A stretch of DNA of 64,000 bases from Octopus sinensis (GCF_006345805.1 NC_043010.1:36456001-36520000), one strand, 5' to 3'. Counted from the stretch's first letter, positions 25,957 through 40,105 are shown. Translations and numbers: made by a program. The notes: generated from the letters alone by a model not told the origin.

Positions 25957-26579
25957 GATCACCGTCATCGACGACGTTGCCGGCGTCCACTTCCTCCCCT
26001 TCGTCCCCTCACCAGTCCCTCTTTCTCCCCCCTTCTTTCCCTCCTCCTCTCCTTCCACTCTCCCGCCATCCCCTCCTGCTTCTCACTTCAACGCTCTTTA
26101 ATTAACGCCAGTATCGATTGACCAACTCTCTAAAATAGCCATCCTGTACGTAATTGCCTTAAATGTGTCTGACGCACTATTTTATCAGTGTGACCAAATA
26201 TTTTCAGACCTATCCAACCCTTCGCTCTTAATCAAGTCTTCCCTTTGTTGTTCGCATTATTGCTGTTGTTATTCGAATTTCCCCAAGTGTGCTTCCGCTA
26301 TCAATCTCACTTAACTAATTTCTAATATGTTTTAATGCTTGGCCATATTAACAAAGAAAATTATAACTGAATATGTTAGGCAAGAAAGAAAGGAAAAAAC
26401 AAAGATTTAATTAACAACTGGTTAATTGTTTCTATCTTTTATAATCAGCAAATATAACTACTCACAAAGCTTTGATCGGTCCGAGCCTATAGTAGAAGAC
26501 ACTTGCTCATGGTGCCACGCAGTGGGACTGAACCCGGAACCATGTGGTTCGTAAGCAATCTACTTACCACACAGCCACT

Positions 26580-27455
26580 CGATGAGGTATCTAAAATAGC
26601 CGGAAAGGTTCTCTGTAGAACAAACCAATTGTAGTGCGGGGCGTGGGGGTCCACTTCGGCTGCTAGAACCCACTTGATGTGACCCTCAGGCATCAGCCTG
26701 TTGACCGGCGTCATCACATGATGTTGTACTGCAACGTGGTTCGTCTTTGCTTTGCAGTGCTTCTCCCCTATCCTTCGATTTTTGCGATGGTTGAAACAAA
26801 AGAACAGCGTGCTTCCATGAAATTTTGCTTGGTGCTGGGGAAAACGGTGGACAAGGATGCTACCATGAGCAAAACACAAGTTTACAAGTGGTTTCCACTC
26901 TTTAGGAATGGTCACTAGAGGGCCAACCTCGTTCCAGACGGCCATCGATCTCCTGAACGGATGAAAACATCATGTAAATTCATGAACTGATTTGGAGGAC
27001 TGTCACCGAACAATTAACGAACTTGTTGATATAACTGTTGTTGTCCTGGAGCTCCTGTAACCGAATTTTGAGAGAGGAATTTCCAATGAAAAGAGTTACA
27101 GCAAAATTTGTGTCTCGCTTGCTCACTGAAGATTAAAAGCAGTCACGAGTGAATGCCTGTCGTGAACTGAAAGGACAGTTGGAAGTTGATCCAGACCTTT
27201 TTTCAAAGGTCATCACTTGTGACGAAAGCTGGTGCTACGGAATTTGCAGATGTGGAAGAGGGTGAAGAAAAAAAAAACGACGGAGGCATTAAAAGGCATC
27301 TTTTCGTAAGAATTCCGGCACTGCATCGAACAGTGGAAAACGCGCCTGGACCGAAGCACTGCTTCAAATGGCGATTACTTTGAATGCGATAAAAATGTAA
27401 ACTAACTGAATAAAATGGTATTGCAAAATTTCGGTTTCTTTTGGATCCCCACTTG
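26580..27455 (+). mobile_element. Mariner (DD34D-type) transposon remnant, internally deleted
   Basis: MVETKEQRASMKFC..LGK..MSKTQVYKW; MKRVTAKFVSRLLT; FSKVITCDESWCY (first catalytic D). Degenerate TIRs at 26580 and about 27429-27455. Confidence 0.85.
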
Positions 27456-27463
27456 CTTGTAAT

Positions 27464-27495
<32 letters not shown>

Positions 27496-27531
27496 GATAA
27501 AATTTTTCGAAAAGAATTCTATCAATGGTCA

Positions 27532-27567
<36 letters not shown>

Positions 27568-27634
27568 GTAAAAAGTGAAAAAACTACAAAAGGCTTGTTT
27601 TATAAATTTTTTTCATACAATGACATAGTTTTTG

Positions 27635-27674
27635 AAGAAATGACCGGTTTCGCGTTCAGCTTTTCAAATTTCTT
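27635..27674 (-). ncRNA. Minimal type I hammerhead ribozyme, U3-A8 variant
   Basis: Minus strand: aagaaau UUGAAAA gc-ugaac-gc GAAA ccgg UC auuucuu. Perfect 7-bp stem I and palindromic stem III. Confidence 0.78.
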
Positions 27675-28897
27675 ACATCGTTATGTTTACGTTGAGAAGT
27701 GTGAAGAAAGAGTTCCAGATAAGGGGAGGTAATAAGTGATTTCTTCCGGTGTAAGGGAGATAATCGCTTAATATGAAATTGTGTTGCAAGGTTCCTCATG
27801 TGACACCATGTGTTGAAACAGATATTGATGTATTTCGGGATTATTGTTTTACTTGTTTCAGTCATGTGACTGCGGCCATGCTGGAGCACCGCCTTTGGTC
27901 ATTTCTTTTTCTTTCCTTTTTTGCCCAAATAAACACACACGCACTATATATTCGTTCTTCACTCGTTCATTACTGCTCTAATCCTAACTCATGTCCGGAA
28001 ATCTCTCGTCACACATCGTTGTCGTGACGGAGATCGTCGTGGTCGTGGTCGTGGACATCATTATCACCATCACCATCACCATCACTGTTTCCCCTTGTTG
28101 CTTCCAGCTCTGTTGGAATGAGTTAAATATTCTTTCTACAGAACACACACCATCTTCCATTCTTACTTTTCGGCTCAGTCTTTTCCTTCTCTTTCCGTAA
28201 ACATCTTACCATCTTCCTTTCTCCATCACCTCCCCCCACACACCACCTTTTGCTCTAGCTCTGATTTTACCTGCTTCCGCTTTCGATCTACTTTTACCTT
28301 TCTCACATCCCACCCCACCCCACCCACATTCCTCTTCCCATCTCAGTCCTTTTCTTATTTCCTCTGGTAGCTCTAAATGTCTTAAATCTTTCCAAAACTT
28401 ACTTCAACCAAAACCATATAATTCCCTGACAACAATCTGCATGATACACAAATGTTAAGTGGATTGAAAGTATATAATTAATGCACGGCGCATTGTGAAT
28501 TTGAAATAGGATCAACATGCCAGATACGCTTACGGTACACACACCACACACACACACACACACATACAGGTATATATATATTATATATATATATATATTA
28601 TATATATATATATATAATATATATATATATAATTGCTAACAAGGTGTAGCTTATATATAATGTATGTATGTACATATGTGTGCGTGTATCTGTGTCTGTG
28701 TGCAATATAAAAAAAATTAATATGATCGAATATATAATATATGATATATATATACACATATATTTATATACATAAATATATATACGTGCATACATATGTA
28801 TCTATGTATGTATGTATATATATATATATTATATATAGTATATATATATATATATATATATATACGCAGGCGCACATACATGCGCATCTTTATCTAG

Positions 28898-28976
<79 letters not shown>

Positions 28977-29159
28977 ACAGAATGTATGAACCACTGCGTG
29001 GCACCCTGGGCAAGTGTCTTCTATCATAGCATCAGGCTGACCAAAGCCTTGTGAGTGGATCTGCTAGATGGAAACTAAAAGAAGTCCATCGAATATATAT
29101 ATATAATATAAATAATATATATATGCATACATACATACGTATATGTACATACTTACATC

Positions 29160-29207
<48 letters not shown>

Positions 29208-29479
29208 GCATATGTGGGCACAGGACGTCATGAAACGTGTACAACAAAAAAAAGCGAAGTACGAGTACATGGAATATGAACTATTTTTTTATCGAACAAC
29301 GAAAGATACAAATGGAAAACAAGACAAACAACATAAAGAACGACCCTTCATCAGTTGTTGGTTGTTTTTCTACTCTTGTATTTTCATATATGTTTGTGTA
29401 TATATATATATTGGTAAAACGGTAAGATAACAAAAGAAAGAAAGAGACCTCAATATTATGTAAATAGAGGAAATTTATC

Positions 29480-29546
29480 TATACAATAATATGTTACATT
29501 ACTCGAATAATGTATCTTGACTATCGAGTAATGTAACATATTATTG

Positions 29547-29550
<4 letters not shown>
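29480..29550. repeat. Perfect 27-bp inverted repeat (hairpin end of a short TA-embedded element)
   Basis: TATACAATAATATGTTACATTACTCGA (29480-29506) / TCGAGTAATGTAACATATTATTGTATA (29524-29550). Confidence 0.9.
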
Positions 29551-29579
<29 letters not shown>

Positions 29580-29929
29580 TATATATATATCGAGAGAGAG
29601 AGAATACGAAGGGCTTAGGGCCACTGATGATCGAAGCCAACAGGTACGTTGTGTTAGTGCTCCAATTGATAAGCTACTCGGATCCAAGTTCACAACGGGG
29701 ACCAGAACTGGGAAGTCGCAGCCTAATTACCAGCTAGCCGGTATAAACTACAGGGGCGAGAAAACAAATCCAAGGGAGGACAAGCTTATCAGCTCAATTA
29801 AATTGTTTTAATTATAATAATGGGGAATCGAAGTAATTATCATTATTCGTGGTTTAAAAGTCTTTGAGTAGATCTGGTAGACTCGCGGCGATGCTCCAGC
29901 ATGGCTGTTACCCAATATATCATGGAGCC

Positions 29930-30780
29930 TTAAGACGTCGTGCTGGCAGAATCATTAGCACGCCGGCATTTTCATCCACCTTCACATACTGAGTTCAAAT
30001 TCCGTCGAGGTCGAATTTACCTTTCATCTTTTTATGGTCGATATTTTAAGTACCAGTGATACACAGGGGTCTATGTAATCGACTGAACCCACTCACCCGA
30101 AGCTGCTGACCTTGAGTCAAAAATTTACAGCCCATGCACCATCCGACTTGCTGCTACATAACGATAATAACCCGATCTACTATAGGCACAAGGCCTGGAA
30201 AAATTTGGAGGAGGGAACGAGTCGATTACATCGACCCCAGTATATCACTGGTACTTAAATCTATCGACCTCGAAAGGACGACAGGCAAAGTCGACCTCAG
30301 TGGAATATGAAAGCAGAATATAGCAATCGACGAAACACGATGAAGCATTTCGTCCAGCGTGCTCACGGTTATCCTTTCTACTATAGGCACAAGGCCCGAA
30401 ATTTGTGGAAGGGGTCAAGTCGATTACACCGACGCCAGTGTATCACTGGCACTTGATTTATCAACCCTGAAAGGATGAAAGGCAAAGCTGACCTTGGCGG
30501 AATTTGAACGCGGAATACAGCGAAATGCGACAATGCATTTTGCCCGGCGTGCAAACGACTCTGCCAGCTCGCCGCCTTGATATAATCCTTCCTATAATAG
30601 GCACAAGACCTGAAATTTGGGAGAGGAGGGGATAGTCGATTACATCGACCCCAGTACTTCACTCGTACTTAATTTGTATCGACTTTGATCTCGGCGGAAT
30701 TTGAACGTAGAACAGCGATAGGCAAAATACTGCGAACCATTTCGTCCTGTGTGCTAACGATTCTTCCAGCTCGCAGCTTT
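29930..30780. mobile_element. Cluster of four diverged SINE family A copies (one +, three -)
   Basis: Core motif matches at about 29990, 30290, 30490 and 30690. Confidence 0.8.
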
Positions 30781-30828
30781 GACATGATGATGATGATGAT
30801 GATGATGATGAGGATAATGATAATAATA

Positions 30829-30882
<54 letters not shown>

Positions 30883-30922
30883 TGATGATGATGATGATGA
30901 TGATGAGATGATGATGATAATA

Positions 30923-30986
<64 letters not shown>

Positions 30987-30987
<1 letters not shown>

Positions 30988-31540
30988 CCCTGATGCAGTA
31001 CCAGGCAGCGGCTCTCATGGCTTCTGATATTAACTGATTGGAAGTGTTATCATGTACATTGTTTGTCTTGGTATAAAAGATGGGCTACAGCAAATATTCT
31101 GCTCAATACCACAGATTTGCTTGTCAGGTGTTTGACCGTAACCAGTTGAGAATGTCCCTTAGTGGCTGACGATATGTGCATCTCTGATCATGAGCAGAAG
31201 TAGTGGAGGAACATTATAACCGTATGTTGAGAGGGATTCTTTGAGGTTTGAAGAATTCACCTGTGGAAACATGGGTGGTTCGTTCAACATCCTTAAACAA
31301 CCCTTTATTCAGAGACCTTTTGAGCGGGATGGGCTACTCGACCAGAAGAAAATTCTAACTGGGCCCCACCTGCGAAGTCATGCGCTGTTTATCTTGATAT
31401 GAGATCACCATGTCGCGCACATATGGTAGTGATGCATGTGCCTAGTGTATCCTTATCAGACGGGTAGTCATGATGGGTATATTGGGCTTCGTATATTTTA
31501 CCCCAGTGTCACTTTGATGGCATGCACTGCTCTCTCACTC
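30987..31540 (+). mobile_element. 3' portion of an (AAT)n-targeting retroelement (non-coding)
   Basis: Unique 554 bp flanked by (AAT)n on both sides; the terminal GCACTGCTCTCTCACTC matches the stubs at 13667-13800. Confidence 0.65.
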
Positions 31541-31579
<39 letters not shown>

Positions 31580-31652
31580 ACTAATAATAATAATAATGAT
31601 AATAATAATAATAATGATAATAATAATAATGATGATAATAATAATAATAATG

Positions 31653-31721
<69 letters not shown>

Positions 31722-32692
31722 TAATATCACCAACACCAAAAAAAACACGTTCGTAGCAATGATATCATATAAAAGATTAAAAAAGAATTAAAAACGTATC
31801 AACAAAGGAATCCTGTGTGGTCGCTCAAGCTGCTAGAAATAACAGCCGGGTATCCTTTAATTTACAATCAACTGTTTCTCAAACAATACCAGCAAACGTT
31901 ATATAACGTGGTACAACGTTTTCTGTACATTGTGGAAAAGTCGGGATGGTCACGGTTTGAATGTCGTTGATCATTCGTCTTCTCGATCTTGGTTGACCGT
32001 AGGGACCAGACCACAACAGCAGCAGCAACAACAACAAAAACAACAACAACAATAACTGTTACAATATTATCTTAGAACTAGAATATTATCACCGAAAATC
32101 CACCACCACCATCACCAACAACAACAACAACACCGGAAACAATGACTACACCACCAACACCATCAGCATCACCATTATCACTACCAATACCATCAACGCC
32201 ATCATCAGTACCATCAAACAGTGTATGTTAGATGAGGTTAGAAATGGGGAGATAAATAAAGCAATGATTGCTCGAGAAAAGATTCAGTGATAAGGTAATG
32301 GACTGTGTGAGTGTGTGAGTGTGTTTGTGTGTGTGTGTGTGTACGTATTTACACACACACTTATATACATATATGTAATATATGTGTATACACACACACA
32401 TATATATTTACATATATACACACATAAATACAGACACACACATACACACACACATATATATTTACATATATACACACATAAAAACAGACACACACATACA
32501 CCTACACATATATACATTCATCTATGCATGTATGTGTGTGTGTAAGTATGTATGTATGTATTTATGTAATGTGCGCTTGAGATAGTAGGTATTAGCAGTG
32601 AGTGAGTGTTGAGGAGAGGAAATAACGAATGGTGAGAAGCAATATTTGAAGGAAAGGAGGAACATGAATAGTAGTAGTAGTAGTAGTAGTAG

Positions 32693-32724
<32 letters not shown>

Positions 32725-32798
32725 TGTAGTTGTTGTCGTCGTCGTAGTAGTAGTAATAGTAGTAGTTGTAGTTGTAGTAGTAGTCGTAGTAGTAGTAA

Positions 32799-32833
<35 letters not shown>

Positions 32834-32919
32834 ATTGCAGTAGTAGTCGTCATAGTAGTAGTTGCGGTAGTAGTCGTCATAGTAGTAGTTGCGGTAGTAG
32901 TAATAGCAGCAGAGCTAGC

Positions 32920-32958
<39 letters not shown>

Positions 32959-33378
32959 TAGTAGTAGTAGTTGCAGCAGCAGCAGTAACTCAGTATCGAT
33001 GATATTGTAATGATTCTAATAGGACACGTAGTTTGTTTCTGATGACAGCGTTTGAACGAACCGCAATTTCTCGAGATGTTTGTACGACTAGTATGAATGG
33101 TCACTAGCTGCATTGATAGTAGTGGTAATCGCTGTTGCTCTTGTGGCTGTCGTTATTTAGGTCCAGGTCGACCCCTGAGATCTGGTGAATATTATCCAAT
33201 ATGGCTTACACCCCACCACCGAATATTGTATTTCGAAAACGAAAGGATGACGTTTTAAGGGTATTTGTCTGCCTTTCCAGGGGCAGATCGTGGGACTGGA
33301 GTTGAAGTATAGTTGTGACAACGGTGACAAAAGGGATGAGTAATGGCGGGTGTCGTAGGAATGATACTAGTAGTAGTA

Positions 33379-33790
33379 GGCGGCGAGCTGGCAGAAACGT
33401 TAGCACGCCGGGCGAAATGCTTAGCGGTATTTCGTCTGCCGTTACGTTGTGAGTTCAAATTCCGCCAAAGTCGACTTTGCCTTTCATCCTTTCGGGGTCG
33501 ATAAATTAAGTACCAGTTATGCACTGGGGTCGCTGTAATCCACTTAATCCGTTTGTCTGTCCTTGTTTGTCCACTCTATGTTTAGCCCCTTGTGGGTAAT
33601 AAAGAAATAGGTATTTCGTCTACCGTTACGTTCTGAGTTCAAATTCCGTCGTGGTCGACTTTGCCTTTCATCCTTTCGGGGTCGATTAAATAAGTACCAG
33701 TTACGCACTGGGGTCGATGTAATAGACTTAATCCGTTTGTCTGTCCTTGTTTGTCCCCTCTATGTTTAGCCCCTTGTGGGCAAGAAATAA
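33379..33790 (+). mobile_element. SINE family A dimer
   Basis: Head GGCGGCGAGCTGGCAGAAACG; junction GAAATAGGTATTTC at 33604-33617. Confidence 0.9.
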
Positions 33791-34645
33791 GTAGTAGTAG
33801 TAGTTGTCATCGTGTTGTGGCTGAGTACCCCACACCAGACTTACACCCTTAAAGCTTAATTCATAAGCCAAATGAACGGGACTCAATACAATATGGTATG
33901 TGGTAGACGAAAAGTAAAAGAAAAACGTCGTGTGTCCTTCCCAAGCCATAAGGGTCATGTGGTTGGTTTCCCAGATGTTGTCGCGTATATAACCTCCACC
34001 CTGCTCTTAGATGGGACACAGGTCCGTCGCAGGATTAGAAATTTTGCCAGCTGACTGAACTAGAGCGATGTGAAATGAAAAGTATTGCTCAAGAACACAA
34101 CGCGTTCCCTCTTCCAGGAATCGAAACTGAAATCTTACGATCATGCGCCTCCTCCGTATATATTATATGTATTATGTATATATCTATGTGTGTTTTTGTG
34201 GTTGTGTTTCTTTCCTCATTACCACTTGACATTCGGTGCTGGTTTGTTTATGTTCCCGTAAGAGAGCTATAGCTGGCTTGAAAATAACTACAGAGGTCAA
34301 TTTGCTCGTCTAAGCTCTTCAACGCGTTGCTGTAGCGCGGCCGGTGTCCAGAGACTGAATCAAATAAAAAAGAAAACACACACACACACACACTCACACA
34401 TAATATATATATATATATATACATATACACACATATACATACATATACTCTCACAGCCACACGTTACACACATCTCTTGTGAACACACACCGGCGAACTT
34501 TCAGAGCTGCAAAGAGACTGCCAAAAATATTAATCTCTAGTATGGTATCGAGTACTTTTTCTTCTGACAGTCAACACTAAACGCATATGTATACGTGTGC
34601 GCAAGCGCGTGCGTGTGTATAAGCTTCTGAGTGTCAGTGCGTATA

Positions 34646-34695
<50 letters not shown>

Positions 34696-34982
34696 CTTAT
34701 TAAGTACATGACCAAATATATGTATATACGTATGTACACATATATGCGTACATACATACATATACGCATTTACGCACACACATTTATGCATCATACATAC
34801 ATACATTACATTCATATACATATATATGATATATATATGCATTATATATATACATATATATGTATATATATATGTATATATATACTATATATATATATAT
34901 TATATATATACACACATATATGCACACATACATACAAACATATATATCTATCTATCAATACACACACACACAACACACACAC

Positions 34983-35030
<48 letters not shown>

Positions 35031-35056
35031 TATGTTTGCATGTATGTGTACATATA

Positions 35057-35113
<57 letters not shown>

Positions 35114-36015
35114 GCTCATGTATATATACATACACACATACATACATACATACATGCATACATACATACATACATACCATACATACATACATACATACAT
35201 ACACACATACATACATACATACATACATACATACATACATACATACATACGTGCATACATACATACATACATACATACATACATACATACATACATACAT
35301 GTGCATACATACATATATGCATACATACATACTTGTTGGGCAGACAAACATAGACAGAATCTGAACTACTTTACAAAAACCATGTCAGAGAGCAAATGTT
35401 TATCAGATTAAATTCTGTTAAAAGAACACTATCCCCCTCCCCCACCCCCACCCCCACGCCACCACCACTATCACCACCACCACCACCACCACCAACGTCA
35501 ATGCCACCACTATCACCATTACCGCTACCGCTACCACACCGACCTTTCTCTGTTCAACACCAACTTTGCTTGCTTTTATATTATATATTTTTTCCCCCTC
35601 CTCCATCTCTCACTTTTACCATAGACACGAAATTAATGTTGCGTAGCTTTTCTGTCAGGAAACAAAAGAAATAATCATCATCAACAACAACAACTACAAC
35701 AACAACTTTACCAACAAGAGGAATAACAACAGCAATAGCAACCATAATGGCAACGATAACAGCAACAACAACAACAACGACAACATCACACAAATTGTGT
35801 AGCATCTTTTCTTATCAGCTTCCATACTTTTCATATCTGATCTGTTCTTTCAGTGTCTTCTGCTGTAACTCTATTTACTTCTAGGTTTGTCTTATAAAAA
35901 GCACTCAATCTCCTTTCCCCCGGTGCTGTGACTGCTCTAACTGTTTTATCGGTCCCAGGATGTCGAAACGCAAAGCCAACTTCGGCAGGATTCGAGTTCA
36001 ATCGGTAAAGAACCT

Positions 36016-36243
36016 TGAGCTGGCAGACACGTTAGCACGCCGGGCGAAATGTGTAGCCGTATTTCGTTTGCCATTACGTTCTGAGTTCAAATTCCGCCGA
36101 GGTCGACTTTGCCTTTCATCCTTTCGGGGTCGATTAAATAAGCAGCAGTTACGCACTGGGGTCGTTATAATCGACTTAATCCGTGTGTCTGTCCTTGTTT
36201 GTTCTCTCCGTGCTTAGCCCCTTGTGGGTAGTAAAGAAATAGG
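36016..36243 (+). mobile_element. SINE family A monomer
   Basis: Head, core and GGGTAGTAAAGAAATAGG end. Confidence 0.85.
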
Positions 36244-36565
36244 TAAGGAACCTTCTTAGTAGAGTTATCTCTTACCTAAGTACATGACCAAATACTTGAA
36301 GGTAAAAACTCAGTCGAGTATACCGAATCAAATACTTCATTATTAATTTATTTTATCGACCTCAGAAAAATAACAGATGAATAAAAGATTTGAATCACTT
36401 ACAGCTATAATTAAATATTTTCTTACATTAAGCACAGGAGGGAACTAAACGGCTGAGTATCCCGAATCCAGTACTACCATGGTACTTTATTTTTATCGAC
36501 CCGCCTCCCAGAAGAATGACAGGTGAAGTGGATCTGAACGTACACCATGAAGAGCAGTGAGTAAA

Positions 36566-36754
36566 GGCGTAGGAGTGGCTGTGTGGTAAGTAGCTTGCTT
36601 ACCAACCACATGGTTCCAGGTTCATTCCCCCCGCATGGCACTTTGGGCAAGTGTCTTCTACTATAGCCTCGGACCGAACAAAGCCTTGTGAGTGGATTTG
36701 GTAGACGGAAACTGAAAGAGGCTTTGTCGTATATATGTTATATATATATATATA

Positions 36755-36795
<41 letters not shown>

Positions 36796-36901
36796 TGTGT
36801 ATATGTGTGTGTGTGTGTGTGTATGTGTGTGTATGTGTGTGTATGTGTGTGTGTGTGTGTGTGTCTGTGTTTGTCTCCTCAACATCGCTTGACAACCGAT
36901 G
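36566..36901 (+). mobile_element. SINE family B, interrupted
   Basis: Head GGCGTAGGAGTGGCTGTGTGGTAAG; stops after GACAACCGATG. Confidence 0.85.
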
Positions 36902-36943
36902 ACTAACTATATATAATTTTTCCCAAATTTAATTGTTTTCCAT

Positions 36944-36988
36944 ATTTGCAGTTGAAAAAGTTTCAATGACTGAAACCGGTACTGAAAT
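36944..36988 (+). ncRNA. Minimal type I hammerhead ribozyme, U3-A8 variant
   Basis: auuugcag UUGAAAA agu-uucaaug-acu GAAA ccgg UA cugaaau. Confidence 0.72.
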
Positions 36989-37133
36989 GTTTTTTTTATA
37001 AAAATATTTTAGCATTTTCTATCTTGACTTTTTATCCATATATATCAACTCGTGTGTTCCTTTTCAACCTTCTACACATACACACACACATATATACACA
37101 CACACACACACACACCACACACACATATATATA

Positions 37134-37214
<81 letters not shown>

Positions 37215-37760
37215 GCAGGGCTCAATTTGATCAAAAGAGACCCTCGAAGGCCATGCTCTAGCATGGTCGCAGTCCAAATACTGAAAGAAGTCAAAGTAGA
37301 AAAAAAAAAGATAAAAGAACTATAATAAAATAAAAACAAATGATTGTATTCCATTCCAATTTCGATGGGAAATTTTAAGTTTTCTGTAGAATTCCATCTA
37401 AAAGTCTGTAAATGGATATATAGTATGTGCACTTTGGTCTGTCTGTCGCGTTTTGTTCTTTGACACTTGGCTCCGGTGCAATGAAAACAGTAAATCATAA
37501 TGCTTCGTGTAATTCCTTTAATAGAATTTGAAAGGACACGGGAGGAGAGAATTGGAGGGTTGGTTGGTTGGTTGATGGGACGGTGGTTCGGTGGGTCAGT
37601 TAGCTGGGTGGGTTAGGTGAATGTAGGAGTGATTTCGTTCTTTGGTTCTGGAAGATAATATGACATTTCATTTTCTATCTATAAAGGCGAGCGCGCGCAC
37701 ATACACATTATATTATGCATACATACACACACGGACGGACACGCACAAACACAACACGTA

Positions 37761-37830
<70 letters not shown>

Positions 37831-37833
37831 TAT

Positions 37834-37929
<96 letters not shown>

Positions 37930-38291
37930 CACACACATATACTATATATATATATATATATATATAGTTAGATACGTATATGTTTGTATATAAATACATA
38001 CATATATACACACTATATATATGTATGTATATGTACATACGCGTACATATATATATATCTGTGTGTTTGTGTACGTATGCATGCATATGCAAAAAATACA
38101 TATATGTATATGTTTGCGTGTGTGTGTATGTGTGTGTGTGTAATATCATAAAATGTTCGCACCAAGTAGGCGACCTTATTCTTAATGCATTAATCTTTCT
38201 GTAGTTCTGTGTGTGTGTGTGTGCTTGTATATTTCTACATATTAGTATACATATATGTATAAACGTACCTAAGCGTTTGTGTCTTTGGTGT

Positions 38292-38350
<59 letters not shown>

Positions 38351-38500
38351 TTAGATAAAACGAAACAGAAAAAAAGAACATAGATTGCAAGAAAGCCGGA
38401 GGATGCCTGCGTCAGCACAAATTATATTTACAAGATAAAAGTAAAAATACTTTAATTATTAGAAATGCGTAGATAAATTTTATACATACGGTATATATAC

Positions 38501-38900
38501 GCGTAGGAGTGGCTGTGTGGTAAGTAGCTTGCTTACCAACCACATGGTTCCGGGTTCAGTCCCACTGCATGGCACCTTGGGCAAGTGTCTTCTACTATAG
38601 CCTCGGGCCGACCAAAGCCTCACGAGTTGATTTGGTATAGGAAACTGAAAGAATCCCATCGTATTATATATATATATATACACATATATGTTTGTGTGTG
38701 TGTGTTTGTTTCTCCACTATCATTTGATAACCGAAATTAGTGTGTTTACGTCCCCGAAATCTAGAGGTTCGGCAAAAGAGATCGATAGACTAAGTACCGT
38801 GCTTACAAAGAATAAACCCTGGGTCGATATGTTCGGCTAAAAAGGCGCTGCTCAAGCTTGGCCGCAGTTAAATGACTAACACAAATAAAAGAATAAAAGA
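38501..38900 (+). mobile_element. SINE family B, full length
   Basis: Matches 14440-14876. Confidence 0.88.
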
Positions 38901-39469
38901 ATATAATCATATATTTGTATTAATTGTTTTTGTTATATGCTGGCCAATTGATAAAATCTTTTTTAATGATTTTATACTTAATTATGTATAAATATATATT
39001 ATTTACTCCGGCCAACGTATTGATTGCGGTATCATTTTGGTCGTAAACGCACGTGGTTGAAGTGAATAACTTAGATTTAACTTGTATGTACGTGTGAATA
39101 TTCGTATATATACTTGTGGATAGGTATTATTCGTATGTGTATGTATAAATATTTGCAAAGGGATTTTATATATCTAAGCTATAAATCGATCTATAAAAAA
39201 CCCTTTTTGAAAAAAATCTTCCTTGTTCGTTTTCTCACTTTCAACCTGTGCTAAAGTAGTACAAGATGTGGTTTTTAGAACCATTTGGCGTCTATTTCCA
39301 GCATGTTGGTGCTGCTGTTTATCAGTGCTCTTTATTATGATGATATCTATATAATTATATACTTGTATTATTGTGACCTATATCGTTTTTATTACATGCT
39401 GGACACTTGATACAATCGTTTAATGATTTTACCCTTAATTATGTATATATATATATATATATATATATC

Positions 39470-40073
39470 AATAAAATATAGGGTGAAATCAATTAATTTG
39501 GAGTATCATTAATTTCACCAAGTAGATTTCGGCATGTAAAAGCCCCATTCGAGGAAGGTTAAGTATACTAAGTAATTAGGGTTTAGCAACGATTTGCCTC
39601 ACCACACACCGAATTTAGAAATAGCAGTCAAAGAGTTATGGCTATTCTTTCTACTTAAAAGAGAGATCTCAGTAAAACCACAGCACTTAAAAGGCAAGCA
39701 ACGCAGGTAAAAGAGAAAGAAATGACGACAATCATTCTATATTAAGTCACCTACGGACGTACGTTTCGAAATTAAGTCATAGGAAAGCATAAAAATTAAA
39801 TAATTATGTCTTACCCGACTACTTTTCTCCTCAGCGTAGGACTCTACAATTATGAATAATTGTGTATTAAATTTGGAGGCACTAGAAGACATCACCTCAA
39901 CTCATGGTATCAGAGCGAGCGTAAGCCGTGACCATCTTTCTCTTTTACCTGCGTTGTTTGCCTTTTAAGTGCTGTGGTTTTACTGAGATCTCTCTTTTAA
40001 GTAGAAAGAATAGCCATAACTCTTTGACTGCTATTTCTAAATTCGGTGTGTGGTGAGGCAAATCGTTACTTAG

Positions 40074-40077
<4 letters not shown>
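39470..40077 (-). mobile_element. Non-autonomous fold-back PLE-like element enclosing a hammerhead ribozyme
   Basis: Inverted arms 39564-39720 and 39935-40077 (one substitution, one 14-nt deletion); flanked by (TA)n; HHR in the spacer. Confidence 0.8.
39746..39843 (-). ncRNA. Type I hammerhead ribozyme with canonical core and extended stem II
   Basis: Minus strand: ccuacg CUGAGGA [60-nt imperfect stem II, gaaa...uuuc] GAAA cguacg UC cguagg. Predicted GUC cleavage between 39756 and 39755. Confidence 0.88.

Positions 40078-40105
<28 letters not shown>

Noticed and set aside
29340-29385. Minus-strand CUGAUGA in a TA-embedded repeat
   Set aside because: No matching stem II-GAAA-UH arrangement.
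34530-35411. 255-aa and overlapping YIYI/HTYI ORFs
   Set aside because: (TA)n/(TACA)n microsatellite artefacts.
39008-39060. Possible decayed HHR
   Set aside because: Core, G12 and cleavage triplet are all non-consensus.
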